64,000 nucleotides of DNA, taken from Patescibacteria group bacterium (GTDB taxonomy: Bacteria; Patescibacteriota; Minisyncoccia; Phycocordibacterales; Phycocordibacteraceae). Under the pieces are notes generated by a model. It saw only the letters and a program-made list of their open reading frames with translations, was not told the origin of the DNA and made no database searches. Numbering within the stretch: position 1 is the stretch's first letter; every line of letters starts with the position of its first letter. The stretch is from NCBI GenBank assembly GCA_040390125.1, contig JAZJYZ010000001.1:506396-570395 (forward strand), in the 5' to 3' direction. Positions 17,442-27,240 of this stretch are shown one piece after another. The position numbers were made by a program, and so were the translations under genes.

Positions 17442-17999
17442 GTGATGAACACTGAAGACGATGTTGTTATTGAGCCAGATGACGAAAGCTTGGAGGGGGA
17501 AGGGGCGTCAGCTACTAAACTTTCAGCTCAAATAAAAAAAATAAAAAGTGAGCTTGAAAAAGCCCTAAAGGAACGTCAAGAGTATTTAGATGGCTGGCAG
17601 AGAGCAAAAGCTGATTACGTAAATATCCGTAAGCGTGCTGAAGATGAACGCCAGGCACTGGTTAAGGGTGCTTCTAGGGGACTTGTTGAGGCACTACTGC
17701 CGGCTCTCGACAGCTTTGATCACGCTATGAGCTCAGTTGAGGGTGGTGGGGCCTGGATAGAGGGTATAAAAAACACGCACAGCCAACTCATGAAGGCACT
17801 CGAAGCAGAAGATGTGAGTGCGTTTGACCCTTTGGGGGAAATTTTTGACCCGAATGTACATGAGCCGGTTGAGACAGTTGCAGTAACAAGTGAGGTAGAG
17901 GATAATACAGTAACTAAAGTCTACCAAAAAGGGTACACCCTTCATGGTACGATTATCCGCCCAGCACGTGTTGCGGTTGGACATTATCAAAATAGTTGA
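17442..17999 (+). CDS. grpE: nucleotide exchange factor GrpE
   Basis: ...YLDGWQRAKADYVNIRKRAEDERQ...; C-terminal beta-domain ...VTKVYQKGYTLHGTIIRPARVAVG; precedes dnaK. Confidence 0.9.
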   Translation: MMNTEDDVVIEPDDESLEGEGASATKLSAQIKKIKSELEKALKERQEYLDGWQRAKADYVNIRKRAEDERQALVKGASRGLVEALLPALDSFDHAMSSVEGGGAWIEGIKNTHSQLMKALEAEDVSAFDPLGEIFDPNVHEPVETVAVTSEVEDNTVTKVYQKGYTLHGTIIRPARVAVGHYQNS

Positions 18000-18110
18000 G
18001 AGTAGAGAGTTGAAAGTAGAGTGTAGGAAATAGTAAATTTAGTTTTATAATCTTCCTTCTTCCTTCTTCCTTCTTCCTTCTTCCTTCTACCCTCTACCTT
18101 CTACTAACTA
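17999..18110. repeat. Word-based inverted repeat (GTAGAG words) with 7-bp tandem repeat (TTCTTCC)x5 plus degenerate units at 18050-18106, upstream of dnaK
   Basis: GAGTAGAGAGTTGAAAGTAGAGTGTAGG ... TCTTCCTTCTTCCTTCTTCCTTCTTCCTTCTTCCTTCTACCCTCTACCTTCTAC. Confidence 0.7.
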
Positions 18111-18125
18111 ATAACTAATACATTC

Positions 18126-20021
18126 ATGGGAAAAATACTTGGAATCGATCTTGGAACTACAAATTCAGCAATGGCTATTGTTGAGGGTGGCGAGCCACGC
18201 ATCATTGAAAATGCGGAAGGAAATCGCACGACACCCTCAGTAGTCGCTATTTCAAAGGCGGGTGAACGTTTAGTGGGGCTTGTGGCAAAACGACAAGCGG
18301 TAACGAACCCTACAAACACTATCTATGGTGTGAAGCGCTTCATGGGTCACAAACTAAGTGACGCAGCTGTTCAGAAGGACGTTGCAACAGCATCCTACAA
18401 GACCAAAGAAGCCTCTGGCGGAGGTGTTTCGGTTGTTTTGGGAGATAAAGAATACCGACCTGAAGAAGTTTCAGCAATGATACTCCAGAAATTGAAAGCA
18501 GATGCTGAGGCAAAACTAGGTGAAACTATTACAGAGGCAATTATTACCGTCCCTGCATATTTTGACGATGCACAACGCCAAGCAACAAAAGATGCAGGGA
18601 AAATTGCGGGTCTTGATGTGAAGCGAATCATTAATGAGCCAACAGCGGCGGCTCTTGCGTATGGCTTTAATAAACGAAAAAATGAACAGATTATCGTTTA
18701 CGATTTTGGTGGCGGAACTTTCGATGTTTCTGTACTTGAGGTGGGTGATGATGTCATTGAGGTTAAGTCAACCGGCGGAGACTCACACATGGGTGGCAGA
18801 GACATCGATCAGAAAATCGTCAAATGGATTGCCGATTCGTACAAAAAAGAAAGTGGTATTGATATCACTAAGGACTCGCTTGCTTTGCAACGCCTTGATG
18901 AAGCGGCAGAGAAGGCAAAACATGAACTTTCCACCACAATGGAAACGGAAATTAACATTCCGTTCATCACTTCTGATGCATCAGGCCCGAAGCATCTTCT
19001 GATGAAGATGAGCCGTGCCTCACTTGAAGAGCTTGCACGCGAATATATTGATCGCTCTATTGAAATCACTAAGCAGGTTTTGGAATCAGCGAAGTTTAAA
19101 ACTACTGATATTCAAGAAATTATTCTCGTTGGAGGGCAGACCCGCATGCCTGCTATTCAGGAGGCTGTTAAGAATGTCTTCGGTAAAGAGCCTAATCGCA
19201 CCATTAACCCTGATGAAGTGGTTGCTCTCGGTGCTGCCATTCAGGCTGGAATTATGCAGGGCGATGTGAAGGATGTACTTCTCCTTGATGTTATTCCGCT
19301 TTCCCTCGGTATTGAAACAATGGGTGGCGTTGCGACGAAGCTCATTGAAAAAAACACCACAATTCCTGCAACTCGTTCGCAAACATTCTCAACTGCCGCA
19401 GACAATCAAACATCGGTAGAAATTCACGTGGTTCAGGGAGAGCGTGCTATGACGAGTGACAATAAATCATTGGGACGCTTTATTCTTGATGGTATTCCGC
19501 CAGCTCCACGAGGACTTCCGCAGGTGGAGGTGTCGTTTGATGTAGATGCAAACGGAATCCTCAAGGTAACCGCAAAAGATAAAGCAACTAATAAAGAGCA
19601 ATCTATTCGCATTGAGGCACGTTCAGGTCTTACAGACGCTGATATAGAGAAGATGAAAAAAGATGCCGATCTTAATGCCGACACCGATAAGAAATCAAAA
19701 GAGCTTGTTGAAACTAGAAATCTTGCAGACCAAATGATTTACACTGCTGAAAAAGCACTCCAAGAGCACGGTGCAAAAATTCCTGACGACGTGAAGCAGG
19801 GAGTAACGGGTGCTGTCGCAAAAGTGAAAGAAGTAAAAGAAACGGGCGACATAACAGGTATTCAAGGAGCTACACAGGCACTCTCAACTGAGATGCAGAA
19901 AATCGGACAGTACATGGCTGAACAGCCAAGTGGACAGAGTACAGCGAACAGTGAACAGGGAGGAGAGGAACAGAAACCTCCGGAAGAAACTCCGGGACAG
20001 GGACCAGTGACAGATGTGTAA
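18126..20021 (+). CDS. dnaK: molecular chaperone DnaK (Hsp70)
   Basis: [18 protein letters not shown]...; ...[13 protein letters not shown]...; ...[13 protein letters not shown]...; 631 aa. Confidence 0.97.
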   Translation: MGKILGIDLGTTNSAMAIVEGGEPRIIENAEGNRTTPSVVAISKAGERLVGLVAKRQAVTNPTNTIYGVKRFMGHKLSDAAVQKDVATASYKTKEASGGGVSVVLGDKEYRPEEVSAMILQKLKADAEAKLGETITEAIITVPAYFDDAQRQATKDAGKIAGLDVKRIINEPTAAALAYGFNKRKNEQIIVYDFGGGTFDVSVLEVGDDVIEVKSTGGDSHMGGRDIDQKIVKWIADSYKKESGIDITKDSLALQRLDEAAEKAKHELSTTMETEINIPFITSDASGPKHLLMKMSRASLEELAREYIDRSIEITKQVLESAKFKTTDIQEIILVGGQTRMPAIQEAVKNVFGKEPNRTINPDEVVALGAAIQAGIMQGDVKDVLLLDVIPLSLGIETMGGVATKLIEKNTTIPATRSQTFSTAADNQTSVEIHVVQGERAMTSDNKSLGRFILDGIPPAPRGLPQVEVSFDVDANGILKVTAKDKATNKEQSIRIEARSGLTDADIEKMKKDADLNADTDKKSKELVETRNLADQMIYTAEKALQEHGAKIPDDVKQGVTGAVAKVKEVKETGDITGIQGATQALSTEMQKIGQYMAEQPSGQSTANSEQGGEEQKPPEETPGQGPVTDV

Positions 20022-20029
20022 ATAAAGAA

Positions 20030-20113
20030 GGTTCTAGGGACTAGCTTCTAGCTTCTAGCTTTTAGGTTTAACTTCAGAAAAACTAGCACCTAGCACCTAG
20101 AAGCTAGAACCTG
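20030..20113. repeat. Intergenic inverted repeat built from CTAGCTTCTAGC / GCACCTAGCACCTAGAAGCTAGAACC words between dnaK and dnaJ
   Basis: GGTTCTAGGGACTAGCTTCTAGCTTCTAGC...GCACCTAGCACCTAGAAGCTAGAACC. Confidence 0.7.
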
Positions 20114-20126
20114 TAAACTAACCCCT

Positions 20127-21206
20127 ATGGCTTCAAAAGATTACTACCAACTTCTCGGAATCGATAAAAAAGCCTCAAAAGAGGATATAAAGAAGGCGTT
20201 CCGTAAACTTGCGCACCAGTATCATCCGGATAAAAAAGGAGGCGACGAAGCGAAGTTCAAAGAGGTGAGTGAAGCGTACAGTGTGCTTTCTGATGACAAA
20301 AAGCGTTCAGAATACGATTCTTACGGCCGAGTATTTTCGGGAGGTGGATCTCAAGGGCCTCAAGGAGGCGGGTTCGAGGGTTTTGATTTCTCACAGTTCC
20401 AGGGTGGTGCTGATTTTGATGTTGACTTGAACGACATCTTTGGTGGATTTTCTGACATCTTTGGTGGTGGCCGGGGTAGGCAAGCTAGAGGTAGAGATAT
20501 TTCTGTTGATCTAGAACTCTCATTCAAAGAATCAGTGTTCGGACTTACACGCAGAATGCTTATCACTAAAGACAGTACATGTTCTTCGTGCACAGGCTCG
20601 GGTGCAGAACCTGGAACAAAAACAAAAACATGCCCAACCTGTAACGGCAAAGGCCAAGTGGTGGAGTCTAGGCGCTCTCCCTTTGGTACTTTTTCTGTCT
20701 CTACCGCATGTGCTACGTGTAATGGCAGACGTGTTGTTCCTGAAAAACCCTGCACTACCTGCAAAGGTTCCGGCGTAGAACGTCGTCAAGAAGAAATTAC
20801 CGTTGTTATTCCACCAGGCCTTGATAATGGACAAGTTATTCGCTTGGCAGGTTTTGGAGAAGCAATTTCTGGTGGTGCCACTGGAGATCTCTACGTAAAA
20901 GTACATGTACGTGCCGATCAAAAGTTTAGAAAAGAAGGATATAACCTTGTCACTGATCTTTCTGTAAAAATTTCTGACGCATTGATGGGCTCTGAATATC
21001 AGCTTGAAACTCTGGATGGCACGGTGAGTTTGAAAGTTCCACCACTTTCTTCTACTGATGAAATTCTTCGCATGAAAGGGAAAGGGGTACCTACGGAGCG
21101 TGGAAAGCGAGGCGATCTTCTTATACGTGTTCGTGTCGAGATGCCCCAGAAGCTATCCAAAGAAGCAAAAGAACTCCTTCTCAAGTTGAAACAAGAGGGA
21201 ATATAA
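20127..21206 (+). CDS. dnaJ: molecular chaperone DnaJ (Hsp40)
   Basis: J-domain ...[33 protein letters not shown]...; Gly/Phe region; four CxxCxGxG zinc-finger repeats ([32 protein letters not shown]). Confidence 0.95.
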   Translation: MASKDYYQLLGIDKKASKEDIKKAFRKLAHQYHPDKKGGDEAKFKEVSEAYSVLSDDKKRSEYDSYGRVFSGGGSQGPQGGGFEGFDFSQFQGGADFDVDLNDIFGGFSDIFGGGRGRQARGRDISVDLELSFKESVFGLTRRMLITKDSTCSSCTGSGAEPGTKTKTCPTCNGKGQVVESRRSPFGTFSVSTACATCNGRRVVPEKPCTTCKGSGVERRQEEITVVIPPGLDNGQVIRLAGFGEAISGGATGDLYVKVHVRADQKFRKEGYNLVTDLSVKISDALMGSEYQLETLDGTVSLKVPPLSSTDEILRMKGKGVPTERGKRGDLLIRVRVEMPQKLSKEAKELLLKLKQEGI

Positions 21207-21207
21207 A

Positions 21208-21288
21208 GAAGCTGCCAGCTTCCAGCTGTCAGGTTCCAGCTTTTAGAGGTTAAAGCTGAAAGCTAGCAGCTGGAAGCTGAAACCTGAT
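21208..21288. repeat. AGCTG/CAGCT-word inverted repeat (family member) after dnaJ
   Basis: GAAGCTGCCAGCTTCCAGCTGTCAGGTTCCAGCTTTTAGAGGTTAAAGCTGAAAGCTAGCAGCTGGAAGCTGAAACCTGA. Confidence 0.75.
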
Positions 21289-21312
21289 TTCGGTGTGGTA
21301 TGATTTTCCCGT

Positions 21313-21819
21313 ATGGATATACTTACGGATTTGGACATAGGAGGGAATTTTCATAAAGCTCTAGATTTTCTTGTGGGCTTTGGTAGTGACTTTTTTGCCT
21401 TTATAGTGCTGGCAGGTCTGGTTGCGGTTTTTGCATTTTATTTTGGACGTAATCGTTTGATGCCTCTCATTGCCGCTTTGTATGCGGCTGTTCCTTTATA
21501 CCTATTTTTTCCATTTCAAACTCCACTTCTCCAAGACCCGTACATAGCGATAGCCCTCTATCTACTCTTCGTCTTTCTTGCTCTGGTGGCTTTTTCGGGT
21601 CTCTCATTTTTTATGGCAAGTGCTCCAAGGTCATTGCTCCGAGTTGGTGCCACTTCTATTTTGGTTGCAGGGGCACTACTCGCAATAGGCATCCATGTTC
21701 TTCCTCTTGAACAAATTTATACACTAACCGCTCCAACAAAAGCTCTTTTTGCTTCAAACCAGGCCTTCTTTTGGTGGTTAGTAGCTCCATTAGCTGGGCT
21801 CTTTTTCTTAGAGCGATAA
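21313..21819 (+). CDS. Hypothetical polytopic membrane protein (4-5 TM), first gene of the 21.3-27.2 kb cluster
   Basis: Hydrophobic segments throughout; 9-nt gap to next gene. Confidence 0.5.
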   Translation: MDILTDLDIGGNFHKALDFLVGFGSDFFAFIVLAGLVAVFAFYFGRNRLMPLIAALYAAVPLYLFFPFQTPLLQDPYIAIALYLLFVFLALVAFSGLSFFMASAPRSLLRVGATSILVAGALLAIGIHVLPLEQIYTLTAPTKALFASNQAFFWWLVAPLAGLFFLER

Positions 21820-21828
21820 TAACCATTT

Positions 21829-23412
21829 ATGTCTCAAACAAAAAAACAAAAAGAGAATATTTTAATACTTGACGGTAACAACCTAACACCTGAGGCTGTG
21901 CATGCCGTAGCACATAACCAAGAGATTTCTGTAGCTCCATCGCCGGACGCCATGAAGCGTGTACGGGAAAGCAACGCCTTTCTTAAGGGAGAAGTTGGGA
22001 AAAAAGTTATTTACGGGATTACCACAGGCTTTGGGCCAATGGCTTCTCACATCATTGGGAAAAATCAGCTCGTAGAACTGCAATACAATCTCATTCGGAG
22101 TCACGCCGTGGGAGCAGGGGATCCTATACCGCAAGCTTTCGTTGTCGCTGCGATGGTAGACAGGGCAAATACTTTTCTCAAAGGATATTCAGGTGTTTCA
22201 GAGGGTGTAATCGAGCAGATCATAGGCTTCATCAATCACCGCATCATCCCCATCGTCCCTGAACACGGAGCAGTGGGCACGAGCGGGGATTTGGTACAAC
22301 TCGCACATATTGCATTAGCACTCATTGGAGAAGGGGAAGTGTTCTATAAGGGCGTGCGTATGTCGTCGAGCGTCGCTTTGAAAAAAGTAAAAATGAAAGC
22401 ACTCAAGCTCGGACCCAAAGAAGGTCTCGCACTCATCAACGGCACTTCCGTGATGACGGGTATCGCTGCACTTCTCATCGTCGAAGCAAGGCATCTTGTT
22501 GACCTTGCCACTCGCTCAGGTGCTATCGCTTTGGAGCTCGTAAATGGTCTGAATGACGCCTTCTCGGATATGCTCCACTCTGTGCGTCCACACAAAGGAC
22601 AGAGAGAAATTGCGAAACGCCTCCGAGAACTCCTCAAGGATTCTGAACTCATGACCGACCGAAAGATGCTCCAGTCGAAAGTGAACGTCATCGATAACGT
22701 CTATGTCACGCCCGAGAGCATACAAGAGGTGTATTCGTTCCGGTGCATACCACAGATACTCGGACCCATACTCGATATATCAGAAAAGGTATACGGAGAA
22801 GTGTCCGTCGAGCTCAATTCAGTAACTGACAACCCAATAATTGACCTCAAGGAGAAGATATTCCTCCATGGTGGCAACTTCCACGGAGACTATATCGCAA
22901 CTGCGGTAGATCAAATGAAGATAGGTATCGTAAAGATGACCATCCTCTCGGAGAGACGTGTGAATTTTTTCCTAAATAGAAACGTTAATCAAACATTCCC
23001 ACCGTTTTTGAACCTAGCCCAGCCCGGCCTCACGCTTGCACTCCAGGGACTCCAATTTGTAGCAACTTCGACGACAGCTCAGAGCCAATCACTCGCATAC
23101 CCGCACTCACTTCATTCGATATCCACGAACGCAGACAACCAAGACGTCGTTTCCATGGGCACCGATGCGGCACTTTTAGCGTATAAAACCATAGAAAACG
23201 CCTACATAGTGCTTGCGATAGAGCTCATCACGCTCGCACAAGCTGTAGACTTGATACACGCCGCAGAGAAGCTCTCTCCCGAATCGAAAGAGCTCTACAA
23301 GTTCATTCGTTCTCACTTTGCCGTGGTACAAGAAGACCGCTCGTTCACAACAGAATTGAATGTCCTCAAGGAAAAGATTCAAAAAGGCAAAGGTTTCGAG
23401 GCTTCGAAATAG
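21829..23412 (+). CDS. MIO-dependent aromatic amino acid ammonia-lyase / aminomutase family (HAL/PAL/TAL/PAM-like)
   Basis: ...YGITTGFGPMAS...RSHAVGAGDPIP...; MIO-forming triad region ...GAVGTSGDLVQLAHIA... (Thr-Ser-Gly variant of Ala-Ser-Gly); 527 aa typical length. Confidence 0.8.
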   Translation: MSQTKKQKENILILDGNNLTPEAVHAVAHNQEISVAPSPDAMKRVRESNAFLKGEVGKKVIYGITTGFGPMASHIIGKNQLVELQYNLIRSHAVGAGDPIPQAFVVAAMVDRANTFLKGYSGVSEGVIEQIIGFINHRIIPIVPEHGAVGTSGDLVQLAHIALALIGEGEVFYKGVRMSSSVALKKVKMKALKLGPKEGLALINGTSVMTGIAALLIVEARHLVDLATRSGAIALELVNGLNDAFSDMLHSVRPHKGQREIAKRLRELLKDSELMTDRKMLQSKVNVIDNVYVTPESIQEVYSFRCIPQILGPILDISEKVYGEVSVELNSVTDNPIIDLKEKIFLHGGNFHGDYIATAVDQMKIGIVKMTILSERRVNFFLNRNVNQTFPPFLNLAQPGLTLALQGLQFVATSTTAQSQSLAYPHSLHSISTNADNQDVVSMGTDAALLAYKTIENAYIVLAIELITLAQAVDLIHAAEKLSPESKELYKFIRSHFAVVQEDRSFTTELNVLKEKIQKGKGFEASK

Positions 23413-23414
23413 CT

Positions 23415-24968
23415 ATGTCCCGATCGGTACAACGAATCACTACAACGAAGAGTGCCACAGGTATCGTTACAGATATTTTTGGTAAAGGTCTCACTAAAGA
23501 TTCTCTTAGACGCCTCACGCACGAGAAGTCAGAAGAGTGGTGGGTGAAGGAAGGGGAGAAGCGCGCTCTGGCTCTTTTCCACGAAGCTGCAAAGCGAGTC
23601 CCTGCATATGCGTCGTTCCTCAAGAAAAAAGGGGTCAAAGCTTCTGCGGTCCGCAGCATGACCGATTTCTCACAGGTTCCCGAAACTGACAAGAAAAACT
23701 ATATAACCAGATATCCTTTGGAGGATCGCTGTTGGGACGGGACACTCAAAGGAAGCACGTTAGTTGCTATGAGCTCGGGCACGACAGGTTCCCCGACTCT
23801 CTGGCCACGGGGGATGGAACAAGAAGCAGAGGCTGCCCTGGTCCACGAACATCTCTTCCTTGATTTGTATGAAGTAAAAAGATATAGAACGTTGGCAATT
23901 ATTGCATTCCCTATGGGGGTGTACGTGTCCGGCATCGCAACTACGCTCCCATCGTTTCTCACGGCATGCAAACATCCAAACCTTACCTTACTGACAGCGG
24001 GGAATAACCGCGATAGCATTTTGAAGACTCTAACTCAGCTCCAGAAGGATTTCGATCAGGTCATTCTCATCGGTCATCCTTTCTTCATCAAAGACGTGAT
24101 AGAGACGGGGAAAAAACACGGGATCCGGTGGGGAAAGACAAAGCTCCGAACGATGTTTTGCAGTGAGGGGTTCAGTGAAGAATGGCGAGACTACATTTCT
24201 TCGCTCGTGCTGAAATCAGCATCGCATAGAGATTTCTTCAACACCTATGGATCTTCGGAGCTACTTTTGATGGCCTATGAATCTCCTGAAACGGTGCTCT
24301 TACGGCGTGCAAGCGAGAAAGACAGCGAGCTCCGAAACAAACTTTTCTCAAAGCCAGTGACCCCGTTTCTTTTTCAATACAACCCGAGCCTTCGCTATAT
24401 CGAGAGCAATTCAAAAGGGGAACTTCTCTTTACCGCACGAAGCGGCGTGCCTCTAGTGCGTTTTAACTTACATGATTCAGGCGAACTCATATCGCACTCT
24501 TTCGTGAATGGAGCTCTTAAAGAAACAGGAATATCTCTTACAGGAGAGATACGGAAAGCTGGCTGGAAGAGATGGAACCTTCCCTTCGTGGCACTCTACG
24601 GACGGAGCGATCATGCACTAGTTTTTTATGCGGCGAACATATATCCAGAGCACATACATGGTGCACTTAATCACGCACCTTTTCTGAAGAAGATAACCGG
24701 TAAATTCAGTATGGAGAAGAACTATACGCCCTCTATGGATCAGAGGCTCACTGTCCATATAGAACTGCAAGAGAAAGAGTCTGGTACTGCTTCCTTGTGC
24801 TCCGAATTGAGAAAAAACATCGTTCAAAATTTAGAAGCAGTAAATATGGAATACCTCTTCCTCCGTAATAATCTTGAGAAAGACTTGGTGCCTGAAGTCG
24901 TCCTTCATCCGTATCAAGATGACACCTATTTCAAACAAGGAATCAAACCACGTTATATTATCAAGTAG
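23415..24968 (+). CDS. Adenylate-forming enzyme of the phenylacetate-CoA ligase (PaaK)/coenzyme F390 synthetase/CapK family
   Basis: ...KNYITRYPLEDRCWDGTLKGSTLVAMSSGTTGSPTLWP... (AMP-binding SSGTTG-PT motif of PaaK family); 3-nt gap from lyase gene. Confidence 0.7.
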   Translation: MSRSVQRITTTKSATGIVTDIFGKGLTKDSLRRLTHEKSEEWWVKEGEKRALALFHEAAKRVPAYASFLKKKGVKASAVRSMTDFSQVPETDKKNYITRYPLEDRCWDGTLKGSTLVAMSSGTTGSPTLWPRGMEQEAEAALVHEHLFLDLYEVKRYRTLAIIAFPMGVYVSGIATTLPSFLTACKHPNLTLLTAGNNRDSILKTLTQLQKDFDQVILIGHPFFIKDVIETGKKHGIRWGKTKLRTMFCSEGFSEEWRDYISSLVLKSASHRDFFNTYGSSELLLMAYESPETVLLRRASEKDSELRNKLFSKPVTPFLFQYNPSLRYIESNSKGELLFTARSGVPLVRFNLHDSGELISHSFVNGALKETGISLTGEIRKAGWKRWNLPFVALYGRSDHALVFYAANIYPEHIHGALNHAPFLKKITGKFSMEKNYTPSMDQRLTVHIELQEKESGTASLCSELRKNIVQNLEAVNMEYLFLRNNLEKDLVPEVVLHPYQDDTYFKQGIKPRYIIK

Positions 24969-24973
24969 CATCC

Positions 24974-27217
24974 ATGGAACCAGAATTGAATCTAAAGCCT
25001 ACCCCTAAACGTGCGTCCAAGCCGGTGTTCTTTGACCTGTCCGAAAGTAGTAACCGCACTGCCCTGCAAGAGCTTTTTGCCGCAGGAGACATTATTCATG
25101 TGATTGACGAATATGAATCACAGCTCAAAGAGCTTTTTACGATCAGTAATCCTTCTTTGGCACAATCTTCAGAATTGCCAGCATCTTTTTCTACATATTT
25201 TCAATCTCTCTCAAAAGTTAAACCTCCTTCAGAGCAGGGCACATGGGTTTACTTCCCTTGGCTTTCAATGATTTCTCACATTCTTAGTGACGCTGAATTT
25301 CAGAAAGTAAGAACGGCAAGGAACAAAAACCTAATAACAGAAGAAGAGCAGAAAAAGCTATATGCAACCCGTGTTGCTATTGCGGGTCTTTCTGTGGGAA
25401 ACAGTGTGGCACTTGCTATCGTTCTTCAAGGAGGAGCTCGGCGGATAAAGCTTGCTGACCATGACACTCTAGAGCTTTCCAATTTGAACCGCATTCGTGC
25501 CGGAGTCGAATCGCTGGGGTTAACGAAAGTGGAAATTACCGCCCGTCAGATATATCTTCTTGATCCTTACGCTGAAGTAGAACTCTTCCTCGAGGGTATT
25601 ACCGAAGAAAACATCGAATTATTTTTCAATGACGTGGATATCGTTATAGATGAGATAGATAGCTTACCAATGAAGTACCGTATACGCGAAGAAGCGAAGA
25701 AGCGAAATCTTCCGGTTCTGATGGCAGCCGACAATGCTGATTCTGGAATTATTGATATTGAGCGATATGACCTCGACCCTTCGACCACATTCTTTAATGG
25801 ACGTATTCGAGAAACAAGGCAGGAAATACTGCATCTGGATAAAAAAGAAACCGGTGCTCTGATCGCTGACTTTGTGGGCTTAGAAAATCATAGCGAAAAG
25901 ATGTTGGGTTCACTGTCGGCGTTGATAGGGTCGACCTTAGTCTCTTGGCCACAGCTTGGTAGCACTGCTCTTATGAACGGCTCAGCGCTGGCGTATGTGG
26001 TTCGGCAGATCGCACGCGGAGTGCCACTCCCAAGCGGTCGCACTAAGATTCCGCTAGATAATCTATTTCATATTGGAGAAGGTGATGCAGATTCTCCCAC
26101 AGCTTTGGAGAAAGCACCCGATGCTACCTGGGGAGATGAGTTAGATTTCATACTGGAGGCCGGTCGGTTTGCTCCTTCGGCTGATAATACGCAACCGTGG
26201 AGGGTTGTCATAACAGATAATAAAACATTTTACCTCCACCACGTACCACAGCGAGATATGACCCCTTACGACAATGGTCAAAGAACTTCTTATATGAGTC
26301 ATGGTGCTTTCATAGAGAATGTCCGTATAGCAGCTGCAAAGTTAGGAAAATCGATTCAGTACGCACTTGAAGAGCCAACAGCACTGAATGATTACTGCGT
26401 CGCCCGGCTTACAATACAAGATAAAAAAGACGCCTTGAATGCGAGAGATGCTGAGCTGTATGGTGCCGTATTTTCCAGAGCCACAAACAGGAAAACATAC
26501 CGGAAAGAACCACTCTCAGACATTACTAATCAACGGATCATGCTCGCACAAAAAGAGATAGGGTGGGGAGAAGTTCGCATTATCGATTGCCCGAACCGTG
26601 AAATCGCACGGGCTGCAGCACTTTCAGGGCAGATTATGTTTCAAAATCCGGATGTCCATGAAGGGCTCTTCGCTCATATTCGATGGACACCCAAAGAAGC
26701 GCGTGATACTCAGGACGGGTTCCTTATAGATACCTTCGAGCTTCCATTCCCTGCGAAACTCATCTTTAAGCTCGCCCAATCTGCGGAGCGTTTGGAGTTC
26801 TTGAACCGATCCATAAAGCTAGCGGAAACTATCCCTACAGGGATGCAGGATCTCTACGAGCATTCAGGTTCATATATCGCTTTAGTCTCCGAACATAAAA
26901 CTTTTGAAGACTATGTAATGTTAGGTAGACTCATGGAGCGCATCTGGCTTACGGCTACTTTGGAAGGAGTCGCCCTCCAGCCTATCGGTGCGATGTGTTT
27001 CTTCAAAGACATGCTGGATGCAAAGACGACTCAGGCTCTTTCCAAGGAAGATATTCTTCTTACGGAAAAAGCACATGCCGTTTTTGAAAAAGAGTTTGAT
27101 CTCAAGGGCAAACATCTTCTTTTTCTATTTCGGGCAGGCTACGGCCCTAAACCATCGGCACGTACTGAAAGACTCTCTCTTTCACGCATCGTAAAAATTT
27201 CAGGAATCGAGGAATAA
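24974..27217 (+). CDS. Fusion protein: N-terminal E1-like/ThiF-MoeB adenylyltransferase fold + C-terminal FMN nitroreductase-like (SagB/McbC-type dehydrogenase-like) domain
   Basis: ThiF Rossmann: ...RVAIAGLSVGNSVALAIVLQGGARRIKLADHDTLELSNLNRI...; nitroreductase: ...FAPSADNTQPWRVVITDNKTFYLH...; architecture as in Rv1355c/MoeY-like and E1-SagB fusions. Confidence 0.75.
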   Translation: MEPELNLKPTPKRASKPVFFDLSESSNRTALQELFAAGDIIHVIDEYESQLKELFTISNPSLAQSSELPASFSTYFQSLSKVKPPSEQGTWVYFPWLSMISHILSDAEFQKVRTARNKNLITEEEQKKLYATRVAIAGLSVGNSVALAIVLQGGARRIKLADHDTLELSNLNRIRAGVESLGLTKVEITARQIYLLDPYAEVELFLEGITEENIELFFNDVDIVIDEIDSLPMKYRIREEAKKRNLPVLMAADNADSGIIDIERYDLDPSTTFFNGRIRETRQEILHLDKKETGALIADFVGLENHSEKMLGSLSALIGSTLVSWPQLGSTALMNGSALAYVVRQIARGVPLPSGRTKIPLDNLFHIGEGDADSPTALEKAPDATWGDELDFILEAGRFAPSADNTQPWRVVITDNKTFYLHHVPQRDMTPYDNGQRTSYMSHGAFIENVRIAAAKLGKSIQYALEEPTALNDYCVARLTIQDKKDALNARDAELYGAVFSRATNRKTYRKEPLSDITNQRIMLAQKEIGWGEVRIIDCPNREIARAAALSGQIMFQNPDVHEGLFAHIRWTPKEARDTQDGFLIDTFELPFPAKLIFKLAQSAERLEFLNRSIKLAETIPTGMQDLYEHSGSYIALVSEHKTFEDYVMLGRLMERIWLTATLEGVALQPIGAMCFFKDMLDAKTTQALSKEDILLTEKAHAVFEKEFDLKGKHLLFLFRAGYGPKPSARTERLSLSRIVKISGIEE

Positions 27218-27240
27218 GGTGCTACACTTTTTATGCAGGT

